From the IMG/VR virus record IMGVR_UViG_3300023174_000078, positions 32,001-96,000 of that record: a DNA stretch of 64,000 nt. One strand, written 5' to 3'. A model generated the notes under the pieces. The model worked only from the letters and a program-made list of their open reading frames with translations, searched no databases and was not told the DNA's origin. The DNA comes from a virus. Numbering within the stretch: position 1 is the first letter of the stretch; the number at the start of each line of letters is the position of its first letter. Shown here one piece after another: positions 1 through 8,904 of the stretch. Position numbers and translations under genes: made by a program.

Positions 1-117
1 CCAGGACTTTAGATTGCATTCAACATCGCAAGGAAAATTTTTCACTGATTATCCGGGAGGAAGTGCTTCAGTTGAAATTATAGATGCATTCATTAATATT
101 CAAGTTAATAATTAAAT

Positions 118-528
118 ATGAATCAGGAGTTACCCCCGCCTGCCCAAAGAGCGTTTAAGCTACTCAGTAGTTTACCGCCGCTTACAGACGCAATTACATC
201 TGTCACACACAGTCCCTGCGTTGCGTGTGGTAGACCAAAGCATCTTACGGATTTCAAAATTTACAATTCCGGTGTCGTCGATAATGTGATGGAGCCGATT
301 TGTAAACTCTGCATAGGGGCCTATACGGAGTGTGCTAAATTCGTGTGCTGTAAGTGTAAAATGGTTATGGGTTGGGTGGACCCGCATAAAGATAGCGATG
401 GTTTTATATTTGAAAAAAAACAGTCTTACCACATTCAGGCTTGCCCTAATTGTACTCCTGGGTTATTGAAAGCCGACTTGATAGAAAAAATTATTTACCT
501 ACAACGCAAACAAAAAGGACTTTTATGA
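118..528 (+). CDS. Hypothetical Cys-rich (Zn-binding) protein
   Basis: 136-aa ORF with four CxxC pairs; ATGA overlap with next gene. Confidence 0.6.
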   Translation: MNQELPPPAQRAFKLLSSLPPLTDAITSVTHSPCVACGRPKHLTDFKIYNSGVVDNVMEPICKLCIGAYTECAKFVCCKCKMVMGWVDPHKDSDGFIFEKKQSYHIQACPNCTPGLLKADLIEKIIYLQRKQKGLL

Positions 529-1115
529 GTAATACCACAGTATCCAGCATCCCAGCTCCCGGGGCTTTGACTAAACCAAAGCGTGAGAATATTAAGAAAA
601 CAGAAGCTTTCAGTATGAAGCCACCGGTGGTGGAAGCTGATCCTGATGGCGGCGATAACCACAAGTATCTATGTAAATTTGTGTCAAATAATTACCGCGA
701 GGTAAAACAAGTTTGTACATTCGATGTCTGGAAAAGATGCGAAGGCAGACAGACTCCAGGCAAAGTACGAGACGGCCTAGATTCCCGGCTTCATAACGAC
801 TTTGTGATTATCCAAGATAAGGAGGGGAAAGTAATTGATGTTGATGTCATTCCTAAAACTTATTATACTAGCCGTGCCGTTCTGCCTGATTATCTACAAG
901 ACAAGCACGATATAATTATAAAAGTCAATACCAAGACAGGAGGTGTTGAGGTTACGCAGTGTCCTGCTGGTGTGACTAAATCTAACATTTTGAAGCTTAT
1001 TAATTCTTTGGATGCGGTAACAGCCGTGTCCACAGGTGACACACTGCCAGGAGGATTTGAAGTTTTGAATGTATCTGGTAATCAGATTTCTGTTGTTTCT
1101 ACGGCTCGCAGTTAG
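525..1115 (+). CDS. Hypothetical protein
   Basis: In frame with track ORF 450..1115; ATG at 525 overlaps the upstream stop (ATGA). Confidence 0.6.
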   Translation: MSNTTVSSIPAPGALTKPKRENIKKTEAFSMKPPVVEADPDGGDNHKYLCKFVSNNYREVKQVCTFDVWKRCEGRQTPGKVRDGLDSRLHNDFVIIQDKEGKVIDVDVIPKTYYTSRAVLPDYLQDKHDIIIKVNTKTGGVEVTQCPAGVTKSNILKLINSLDAVTAVSTGDTLPGGFEVLNVSGNQISVVSTARS

Positions 1116-1118
1116 TTT

Positions 1119-1155
1119 GTAATACAACGTTCTGTTGTGTTATAAATAATTGTGG
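1119..1155 (+). promoter_or_regulatory. Recurrent bipartite promoter-like motif, copy 1
   Basis: GTAA-N14-GTGTTATAAATAATTGTGG; intergenic; related copies at 16242, 16811, 20720, 38391, 63790. Confidence 0.55.
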
Positions 1156-1355
1156 ACCGCTCACATATTATCACCACCGCCACAGGTGCAGTTACTCTCG
1201 CAGTAGCTGCACCTGTTTTAATTTCTATGGTCGGAATAATTTCTATATTATGGCCAGTGATTCCTATTTTGGCTGTTGGTTCCATGTGGGCTGCAGCTAG
1301 CAAACCAGCAAATAGCAACAACAATGCCAACAACACAAAAAGCGAACGCGCCTAA
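1152..1355 (+). CDS. Small membrane protein
   Basis: 67 aa with long hydrophobic stretch; directly after the promoter motif. Confidence 0.5.
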   Translation: MDRSHIITTATGAVTLAVAAPVLISMVGIISILWPVIPILAVGSMWAAASKPANSNNNANNTKSERA

Positions 1356-2235
1356 CACAGCGCAACAACCTATTGTAGAGACTGTGCTCGCGCACAGCCC
1401 TCTGATGATAGGAGGTAAGGTGCAGCAGGAATGCTGGGCCAATTTCGGCGTATCCTTCCATACGCAGCGCGGTCAGGCGCATCTCCAGGCAGGGCAATTT
1501 CTGCCTATATGGGAGCTCCGCTCAGGGCGCTGGCAATACCGTACACCTGCACAGATTAGCATTGTATCGGCGTTTGTCATGAACAGTCGGTACATGATTC
1601 GTGGGGGGGATGCCAAATTATCCTCTCATCCGGAGGTTAATGAGTGGGAAGGCGCTAGCCCTGTGAAGGGGCAGTCGTCGGAACTTCGTCAGCCGGGCGG
1701 TGTTCGCCGCCTTAATCCCAGCAACCTACCGGTCATAGCCACAAATGCCAGTAATTATGAATCTCGCGCTACAACGGCCAGAGCGTTTCATGATCACTTC
1801 GGCAAGTCTGCGCTGTACGAAGGGTGTCCGCTAGTATTAGCATGCCGGGCGGATGTTACTCCTGAAGTAGACATTGGGCGTAATATTCCCATGTTGGACC
1901 TTATCCGGCAGGACACTATCTCTGGGTATGTGCTCCCGCTACCAATAGTGGCGTCCAACGAAGAGGAAGTCGTACTGAAGGATTATCCGCAGAATTGGAT
2001 AAAGGCCGCCATCGAATTCTTGGATTTGTACAGCATTACTGAAGTCGGTATTTGGTACAAAACGCAAGGGGACGATATTGTTGATACGGTCAGCAGCGCT
2101 AGACCTAAGGAGGTTTATCGTAACGCTATTAACAAAAAAGATCTGGGGTTCAGTACACTGGATCCAGATTTGTACGAACGGATGCTGCCGTTCGCTACAG
2201 GTAAGCTGGATCTAGACATGCTACCGCAGGCCTAG
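1324..2235 (+). CDS. Hypothetical protein
   Basis: Long ORF (track 1276..2235; likely ATG at 1324) followed by a terminator. Confidence 0.65.
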   Translation: MPTTQKANAPNTAQQPIVETVLAHSPLMIGGKVQQECWANFGVSFHTQRGQAHLQAGQFLPIWELRSGRWQYRTPAQISIVSAFVMNSRYMIRGGDAKLSSHPEVNEWEGASPVKGQSSELRQPGGVRRLNPSNLPVIATNASNYESRATTARAFHDHFGKSALYEGCPLVLACRADVTPEVDIGRNIPMLDLIRQDTISGYVLPLPIVASNEEEVVLKDYPQNWIKAAIEFLDLYSITEVGIWYKTQGDDIVDTVSSARPKEVYRNAINKKDLGFSTLDPDLYERMLPFATGKLDLDMLPQA

Positions 2236-2243
2236 GTCAGCAA

Positions 2244-2276
2244 AGAGCTCGCGGATAACTACCGCGCCTCTTTTTT
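2244..2276 (+). terminator. Rho-independent terminator
   Basis: AGAG..CGCGG/CCGCG..CTCT stem followed by a T run. Confidence 0.55.
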
Positions 2277-2328
2277 ATCTATCAGGTTTTGCTTTTTTTT
2301 AGATATCAAGTAAATTATCTTATACCAT

Positions 2329-3516
2329 ATGCAGAAAAATATTGAGCCAGAAGAAGAATTACCCAAAGGCGTCATACTGCGCGACTTTGATGACTTCAAT
2401 ACATTACGCAATCAAATTTTTGATGGTGTAAAAAGTTCTATGATCAAATCATTTCCTGTTAACTATGGAAGTGTAAGAATGGAATTACATGACGTGGATT
2501 ACGATGATCGAGATGACGTGCCTGTGTCCCAGCAGAAACAAATGCTGCTGGAAAATAAGTACATAACTAAAAAGTTAAGAGGTACGGTAAAACTATTCGA
2601 TAACACTAATGATCAGCTGCTTGAAGAGAAACGGTTGTCATTAATGAAGGTACCTTACCTGACCAACCGGGGGACCTTTATCCATGGAGGTAATGAGTAC
2701 GCATCGATCATGCAATCCCGGCTCCTCCCCGGAGTGTACACACGTAGACAAGCTAACGGAGAACTTGAAACACAGTTTAACGTTAAACCTGGTACTGGTG
2801 TAGGATTTCGTGTTGGCTTTGAGCCCGAAACAACGCAGTACAGAGTAAAGATTTCACAAGCCAACTTGCACCTGTATAGTCTATTAAAAGATTTAGGTAC
2901 TAATGATAAAGAATTAGAGAAAGCTTGGGGTCCAGAAATTTTCCGCGCTAACCAAATGAAATATGATGCGCGCGTATTTGATAAAGCATATGACCGCCTT
3001 GTTCCAGCACGTCAAAAGAAATTGGATAAATCAAGAGAAGATAAAATGACGTCTGTTCGTAACGCCTTAGAAGCTGCACAGATTCATGCACGTGTGGCGC
3101 AGAAAAACCTACCTAATATGTTTGATCCGAAGGTAGCCTCTCAGTGGGAAGCTCAATGGCAGGGTAAACAAGCAGCTGAAAAAGTTATTGATGAAATGCC
3201 TTTTAATCCTGACTTAGAGCCAGAGGAGGTTTATGAGAATTATTTTGATCCTGATGCTGAAGTTAAATCAGCAGCAGACATGCATGCATTAATGCAGGCG
3301 CGTAGACACAGTGCGCAGGCTAAAGAAGAGTATAAAAAGAAGACAGCTATTATGGCAGCAGCTTTAGCCAGATATCCTGATGAATTTATTGTAGATCAGG
3401 ATGGACGTATGTCAGGTATTGTTCATTTACCTACAGGTTTCCGTATCCACGTTCCCAGGGAAGTCATACCTGCCAAAGTAAAACGTGTATTTCAGGAGGT
3501 AGAAGACGATGAATAA
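2329..3516 (+). CDS. DNA-directed RNA polymerase beta-like subunit, N-terminal piece, with unrelated C-terminal extension
   Basis: VPYLTNRGTFIHGGNEY..QSRLLPGVY matches the RpoB motif P.MT..GTFIING.ERV..SQL.RSPGVY. Confidence 0.85.
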   Translation: MQKNIEPEEELPKGVILRDFDDFNTLRNQIFDGVKSSMIKSFPVNYGSVRMELHDVDYDDRDDVPVSQQKQMLLENKYITKKLRGTVKLFDNTNDQLLEEKRLSLMKVPYLTNRGTFIHGGNEYASIMQSRLLPGVYTRRQANGELETQFNVKPGTGVGFRVGFEPETTQYRVKISQANLHLYSLLKDLGTNDKELEKAWGPEIFRANQMKYDARVFDKAYDRLVPARQKKLDKSREDKMTSVRNALEAAQIHARVAQKNLPNMFDPKVASQWEAQWQGKQAAEKVIDEMPFNPDLEPEEVYENYFDPDAEVKSAADMHALMQARRHSAQAKEEYKKKTAIMAAALARYPDEFIVDQDGRMSGIVHLPTGFRIHVPREVIPAKVKRVFQEVEDDE

Positions 3517-4126
3517 TATTGATAAATTAAATTTATCTTTAGGGCTGGTTAAACAGGCCTTTTTAAAAAGATTAACTAAAATGTTTAAACCTTCACTTAG
3601 TGATTTAATGAAGGCTAGAAGAGGCATGCATATGACAAGTAATCCTTTCGATGCTTATTTTGAATTTAGTCATCGTTATGCAAAACAGCATGGTATCGAC
3701 ACATCTGATATTCCTGATGATGTTATGGCAAAGTTTAAAGATGCAGTTTTTAACAACCATGGCGTTTATTTACCTCAATACAAACTAGGATATATAAGTA
3801 GAAAAAATAAGGCTAATCTTGAAGCATTTGTTAGAACAAAGCGGCATGAACTAATTCATGGTATACAACATTCTTTACCTTTTATGCGGTCTACTTTGGC
3901 TGGTAAAGTAAACAAAATTCCTTTTATAGGTAAAAGATTTGGTGCTTTGGCTGATGAATTAGAAGCGCATGCTTATCAAGATCCTAAATATAAGTTGGGA
4001 GGAATCAGACGTTTTAATCACGCATTACCTTCATATATAGCCTCACATAAAGATACTCCGGAAGAATTAGGTTTTAAATTATACGATAAAGCTAGAACGA
4101 TGTGGCCATTAAATAAATATGAATAA
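3509..4126 (+). CDS. Hypothetical protein with HExxH motif
   Basis: RHELIHG with downstream DELEAH; overlaps both neighbours. Confidence 0.55.
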   Translation: MNNIDKLNLSLGLVKQAFLKRLTKMFKPSLSDLMKARRGMHMTSNPFDAYFEFSHRYAKQHGIDTSDIPDDVMAKFKDAVFNNHGVYLPQYKLGYISRKNKANLEAFVRTKRHELIHGIQHSLPFMRSTLAGKVNKIPFIGKRFGALADELEAHAYQDPKYKLGGIRRFNHALPSYIASHKDTPEELGFKLYDKARTMWPLNKYE

Positions 4127-4529
4127 TTCAGAATTCATTCCAGATTATAAACCTGAAGATATTCAGGATGCCTACAATGCCATTTACGGTCACTACGGTC
4201 CCCGGTTAGCATCTATGGATAAATGGCCTTCTGAATGGATTAAAAGTGATGTCGATCCTATGGGCTGGTTGCAATGGTACGAGCAGTATAAAGCAGGACG
4301 TAGATCAGAAGATGATGACAGACAGATTAAAAGGTGGAAGTCTTTTAAAGCTAGACATGGTTCTCAGTTCAAAAAGAATCCAACACCTCGCCGTGCTTTT
4401 GCGTTACGTAACTGGGCTATTGATCCTCTGAAAATAATTGAGGATGAAGAAGCGCGTGGACAATTAGCTGAAGCTATGGAAAATTATAAACAGAAAGCTT
4501 GGGATAAATATAATAAAGAAAAAGCATGA
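4119..4529 (+). CDS. Conserved viral hypothetical protein (DPxGWxQWY..GRR..DD.RQI.RW type)
   Basis: DPMGWLQWYEQYKAGRRSEDDDRQIKRW motif; overlaps both neighbours. Confidence 0.65.
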   Translation: MNNSEFIPDYKPEDIQDAYNAIYGHYGPRLASMDKWPSEWIKSDVDPMGWLQWYEQYKAGRRSEDDDRQIKRWKSFKARHGSQFKKNPTPRRAFALRNWAIDPLKIIEDEEARGQLAEAMENYKQKAWDKYNKEKA

Positions 4530-6229
4530 ATAAATCCCAAATAGACGAGATACTTTCGAAAGTACAGAAGCAAGCGTCTGCAGTTGCTAAGGTTCGCTCC
4601 ATTCTGCCTAATCGTAAAGTTGATGCAAACGATAACGGCATACCAGACGATGAAGAGGAATATGTTCCTGTAGGAGTTAAGGGATTACTATCTGCATCTC
4701 AGAAACTGCTGGCTGTGAACCGGGGTTTAGATAAACCTGACGAGCGAGATAGTTTATTATTTAAAAGAATATTAACTACAGATCGTTTATTATCTGAACG
4801 TGTGCGTTTAGATAGTGACAGAGTACGTGGTTCTATGATGCCTCTTATTGCGCGACATAAGAATCTTAAAGCTGTAGGACCATTTGCTTTTGACTCTTAC
4901 ATGGAGAAATTTCTGATTGGTAATCCGCTGTCCTCGCCACTAGAAGAGATTAATCCGTTACATCTTTTGGAGCAATCCCGTAGAGCCACACAGATGGGAC
5001 CTGGCGGTATTGGGACTGACAACGCTATAACGGAAGATATGCAAGCTATTCGCGTTGATCAGTTTGGATTTATTTCAACTTTAGAAGGACCGGAGTGCGC
5101 GGACTCAGAGACAAAAGTTTTTACTAAAAGAGGCTGGTTACTCTGGCCTGAAGTTAAGGACGACGACCTATTTGCCTGTGTTGTTGATGATCGTATGCAG
5201 TTCCTTCCTGCTTCCCGAATCGTAAGGGAACATTATGAAGGCGAATTGATCAGTATAGTTCATAGGTATTTTTCAGCTTTACTCACACCAGGGCATAGAC
5301 TGTTGTACACGACATCTGGAAATTGTAAAAGCTTCGAATCTTACAAGATTAAAACAGCTGAGCAATTGTATGGTAAGAGAATTATAATACCTTCGTGGTC
5401 CCCTGCCTATTGTGGAAATGCAGATGTTACGCATATCGATACTCCTTACGGTCCTATTCCTGTAGATGACATGGGAGAATTTTTGGGATGGTTTCTCAGT
5501 GAGGGGAGCTGCGGAACTTATAATACGGCAAAAGGTAAAAGTTATGTTGTGGCTATAAGCCAGTGTCCTTTAGCTAATCCTGTAAATTATGAAAGAATTA
5601 AAAGTCTTTTAGAGAGAATGGGTATAAAGTATTCAGCAGGCGAACATTCTTTAAATATATATTCGAAATCATTTTTACAATTTATTGAAGGTTGGGTTCC
5701 AAATTGTAGTGGATGTAAGGTTAAGCGCTTTCCGCAGGATGTATTTGACTGGCCGTTGTCTGCTCGTAGTCGTATTTGGGAATCTTACAGATTGGGGGAC
5801 GGAAGATCTAACAAAGATGCTTCCGTCGCCACCTCGTCTAAGTATATGAGTGTTGATATGGAAAATTTTATTGTTACTCTTGGCAATATGAGCACGCGCA
5901 AGCTGCAGCGGGATGGTATGTATGTGGTTAGGCGCTTGCAATGTCCCGAGGCGCATATATTACCGAGGCATTGGAGTCGTGTTAATTACTCCGGTACTGT
6001 ATACTGCGCCACTGTACCAGGCGGTAGACTCTTGTTCTCAAGAAATGGGCAGACGCCATTCTGGTCTGGCAATAGCGAGAAAATAGGAATAGATGTTCGC
6101 CTGGCCTGGGGTTCTAAAATAGGTTCAGATGGAAGACCTTATCAAAAGTTCCTTAATCGTAAAACAGGTAAATACCAGTGGATGAGCCCGGAGGATCTCG
6201 ACGGCTTGACTGTTAAATTACCTGATTAA
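4526..6229 (+). CDS. RNA polymerase beta-like subunit, central (domain 3/fork) piece, intein-containing
   Basis: NPLHLLEQSRRATQMGPGGI..DQFGFISTLEGPE/SEKIGI aligns with RpoB [38 protein letters not shown]. Confidence 0.85.
   Translation: MNKSQIDEILSKVQKQASAVAKVRSILPNRKVDANDNGIPDDEEEYVPVGVKGLLSASQKLLAVNRGLDKPDERDSLLFKRILTTDRLLSERVRLDSDRVRGSMMPLIARHKNLKAVGPFAFDSYMEKFLIGNPLSSPLEEINPLHLLEQSRRATQMGPGGIGTDNAITEDMQAIRVDQFGFISTLEGPECADSETKVFTKRGWLLWPEVKDDDLFACVVDDRMQFLPASRIVREHYEGELISIVHRYFSALLTPGHRLLYTTSGNCKSFESYKIKTAEQLYGKRIIIPSWSPAYCGNADVTHIDTPYGPIPVDDMGEFLGWFLSEGSCGTYNTAKGKSYVVAISQCPLANPVNYERIKSLLERMGIKYSAGEHSLNIYSKSFLQFIEGWVPNCSGCKVKRFPQDVFDWPLSARSRIWESYRLGDGRSNKDASVATSSKYMSVDMENFIVTLGNMSTRKLQRDGMYVVRRLQCPEAHILPRHWSRVNYSGTVYCATVPGGRLLFSRNGQTPFWSGNSEKIGIDVRLAWGSKIGSDGRPYQKFLNRKTGKYQWMSPEDLDGLTVKLPD
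5096..6073 (+). mobile_element. Intein (326 aa) with LAGLIDADG homing endonuclease in the RNAP beta piece
   Basis: Starts CADSETKVFT, ends VYCATVPGG..FWSGN with +1 Ser; FLGWFLSEGS and YRLGDG motifs; removal restores the GPE-SEKIG motif. Confidence 0.9.
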
Positions 6230-6310
6230 TATTGTGTAACGAAATTGGTTCTTAAATAGAATGTCCTTGACTTAAAAACCAAATTACGTTTTATTAACGA
6301 CACACATTAT

Positions 6311-6787
6311 ATGAATTCGCACACCAAATTGACAGCTTCAGTATTCCTTATTAAAAGAGCATTTGCCAACTACCTTGGTATGGGCGGAGCTGCTGATACA
6401 GGCGGTTATGCGGAACCTGCGCCCACCGCTACAGCTGCGCGGCTTCCTACGACTATTAATCCGAACTACGCTAACGCACGCGGCAGAGGTATAGGCAGTA
6501 TTCAACCCATGGAAAGAGCGCAACCTAGCGCGGCTATCAAAGGTTTAGCTACGCACAATCTGGGAGCTAATTCCAGTAATGTAAATCCCACGAAGCCGCC
6601 AACCGCATCCCCAGCAGCTAACACAGACCTGAACGCTACGTTTAAAAAGTATATGGGCTCGGCCTTTGATCCTAATAGTAAGCTGGATCAGTCTAAAATG
6701 AAATACCTGCAAGGGTTGGCTGATAAGGGTGTAACCATGAATGCCGCTAATATCTATGACAAAGGACAAGGCTACGGTAAGTTTTAA
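6311..6787 (+). CDS. Hypothetical (probable virion/internal) protein
   Basis: 158 aa, Ala/Pro/Gly-rich; N-terminus KLTASVFLIKRA resembles KLAASFYLLKRA of 12058..12342. Confidence 0.55.
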   Translation: MNSHTKLTASVFLIKRAFANYLGMGGAADTGGYAEPAPTATAARLPTTINPNYANARGRGIGSIQPMERAQPSAAIKGLATHNLGANSSNVNPTKPPTASPAANTDLNATFKKYMGSAFDPNSKLDQSKMKYLQGLADKGVTMNAANIYDKGQGYGKF

Positions 6788-6831
6788 ATTACCACTTGCT
6801 TAAATAACAGACACACATATACTCATTTATT

Positions 6832-7020
6832 ATGTCAAAAGAAATCACTCCAGACCTCATCCGCCAAGCCAAATACGAAGGTTTTATTCGTCACACATCC
6901 GCTACGTATGACAAAGATACTACTGGGCAAAAATTTGCTGACTATGTAGAAAAAGACAAAGCAAGAGAACAAAAATTTGTAGAGCTTCGTGGTAATATCC
7001 TCGAAGGATTGCAGGCATAA
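6832..7020 (+). CDS. Hypothetical protein
   Basis: 62-aa ORF preceded by a TTGCTT..TATACT sigma70-like promoter. Confidence 0.55.
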   Translation: MSKEITPDLIRQAKYEGFIRHTSATYDKDTTGQKFADYVEKDKAREQKFVELRGNILEGLQA

Positions 7021-7037
7021 TTTTGATGCATATTTTC

Positions 7038-7075
7038 ACCTCCGTGGTATAATACTGTTACCACGGAGGTTTTTT
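7038..7075 (+). promoter_or_regulatory. Perfect 12-bp inverted repeat overlapping TATAAT and GGAGG
   Basis: ACCTCCGTGGTA / TACCACGGAGGT, then T5, then ATG at 7076. Confidence 0.6.
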
Positions 7076-7468
7076 ATGCCTAAATCTAAGTCTACGACTC
7101 CTAATAGCGCAAAAAGTAACAAGAAGGTTAAGCTCGTAGAAACAAAACTAGGGCATAGGCGGTCTCTTGGTTTATGGGAGCAGGTTGATAATCGAACATC
7201 AATGATCACGATTGATGCGCGCTTAAAAGGCTTTCAGAGATTGTTGATTGTATTGCACGAAGCGCTGCACGAAACGTGTCGCGATTGGACTGAGGAAAAA
7301 GTTGTGGATGTAAGCGAATTTTTAGCTCGCATTCTTTGGGAATGCGACTATAGACATGTCGATCATTCCGGGGAGGCTGAACCTTCGTATGAGACGCCTA
7401 TTAAAAAAGATAAAAAAAAGACTGGGGCTAAAACCAAGGAGATATGGGATACAAAAAACCAAAGCTAG
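7076..7468 (+). CDS. Small HExxH metallopeptidase-like protein
   Basis: IVLHEALHE; ATG at 7076 after GGAGG. Confidence 0.55.
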   Translation: MPKSKSTTPNSAKSNKKVKLVETKLGHRRSLGLWEQVDNRTSMITIDARLKGFQRLLIVLHEALHETCRDWTEEKVVDVSEFLARILWECDYRHVDHSGEAEPSYETPIKKDKKKTGAKTKEIWDTKNQS

Positions 7469-8145
7469 GACCATTCGCTACCCCGGCGCAGACACAGCGC
7501 TGGCTTAAGTGTGTAAACAGCTGGGCTAAGGCGAATAATAAAAATCAAACTGACATTTCGAATACGCTTGGATTCTCTAGCAGATCCGCGTGGTATCGGT
7601 TGTTGCAGGGCATTAATAAGCGCGCCCGTCTAACTTTAGTGAGATCCTCAACGCAGCAGTTGTGTCTGGATGCGAATTTCATTAATGGCATCTATGATTT
7701 CAAGGCTAAGTTTTCTGAAGCGAGAAACATATTCACAGATTTTAAAGAGCTATACGCGAACTGTATTAGCAACGGCAATCAGTATCAGGCATCGCAGATT
7801 GTACGTAAGGCGGCTATGTTTCTTTTTGAGACATTGGTTCCTAAAGATATGATTCTATCTTTAGAATTCATTAACAGAAAGAATGAGTACGAGACAGCTA
7901 AGATTTGTTGCAGCTCAGACGAAAGTATTTTCTATGACATAGTAATATTTGGAGGCCATATGTGTGTTATGTTCACTTTATCTAAGCAATTGGGAAATAT
8001 GAGTGTGCCTATAATGGAAGGTGATCTAGATATTCATGCGGTTAGCGCTATTAAACATCAAGTATCTGTAGGCAAGAAAAAGTACTATAAGTCACAGAAG
8101 AGTATTGATAAGTTTGCAGATAATGCTAAAAAATTCACTATATAA
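7444..8145 (+). CDS. Putative HTH DNA-binding protein
   Basis: NQTDISNTLGFSSRSAWYRLLQG resembles an XRE-type HTH. Confidence 0.45.
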   Translation: MGYKKPKLGPFATPAQTQRWLKCVNSWAKANNKNQTDISNTLGFSSRSAWYRLLQGINKRARLTLVRSSTQQLCLDANFINGIYDFKAKFSEARNIFTDFKELYANCISNGNQYQASQIVRKAAMFLFETLVPKDMILSLEFINRKNEYETAKICCSSDESIFYDIVIFGGHMCVMFTLSKQLGNMSVPIMEGDLDIHAVSAIKHQVSVGKKKYYKSQKSIDKFADNAKKFTI

Positions 8146-8147
8146 TT

Positions 8148-8729
8148 ATGTCATTAGGTATTGATACTGCGGTTGAAAGAACGCCACCGAATGTTGCGGC
8201 TATGAAGATGTTCAAAGATAAGTTGTTGCAGGGGCACAAAGTCACTGCAGCACAATTTGGCGTTGAGCTACCTGACATGACAGTCCAGGATAATGTTGTA
8301 TATGTTACTGACACTGATGACGATGAATCAGTTTTAACAGATAATTTAACCGAGAATGATAATTATCAAGATCCAGATGCGCTGACTCATATGAATAATA
8401 CAGCATTGGGGCAAGAACGTATAATGGCAAAGAAAGATCCCGTACAGATGTTAGCAGAGTACTTAGAGCAAACGCCAGCGAAGGAAGAGGTTAAGATTGT
8501 GGGTCCTTTTGGTAAGCTTGGCTTTAGGGCTTTGAATGTCAGTATAACTGAATTCGGCGTTGCCTTCATAATTAAAAAAGAAGCAATACAGTTTGAGCCA
8601 AATATAAATACAGAATTGACTATACAATACCGAGGCCAAGACTATTCTGTAATTTATGCAGGCGGGTTCTTTACTTTTCCAAAAATCCCTTTTACATTTG
8701 TATCTTTCCTACGCATTCAACCTGACTAA
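8148..8729 (+). CDS. Hypothetical protein
   Basis: 193-aa ORF tightly packed in the operon. Confidence 0.6.
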   Translation: MSLGIDTAVERTPPNVAAMKMFKDKLLQGHKVTAAQFGVELPDMTVQDNVVYVTDTDDDESVLTDNLTENDNYQDPDALTHMNNTALGQERIMAKKDPVQMLAEYLEQTPAKEEVKIVGPFGKLGFRALNVSITEFGVAFIIKKEAIQFEPNINTELTIQYRGQDYSVIYAGGFFTFPKIPFTFVSFLRIQPD

Positions 8730-8731
8730 TT

Positions 8732-8902
8732 ATGATTAAAGAAGGAGTTGTTATAAAAAACAAAACATTGTGTCCTAGCACAGGAAAACCTTGTGACTGT
8801 AATAATCCCAACGTTGAATGTGAAAGAGACAAGTATAAAAAGGCGTCGTTGCAGCAGCTCAGCAGCGAACTCGATGACAAAAAAGATTTTATTAAATTTT
8901 AA
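8732..8902 (+). CDS. Small Cys-containing protein (56 aa, below the ORF-track cutoff)
   Basis: MIKEGVVIKNKTLCPSTGKPCDC..; fills the gap between two genes with 2-nt spacings. Confidence 0.55.
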   Translation: MIKEGVVIKNKTLCPSTGKPCDCNNPNVECERDKYKKASLQQLSSELDDKKDFIKF

Positions 8903-8904
8903 TT

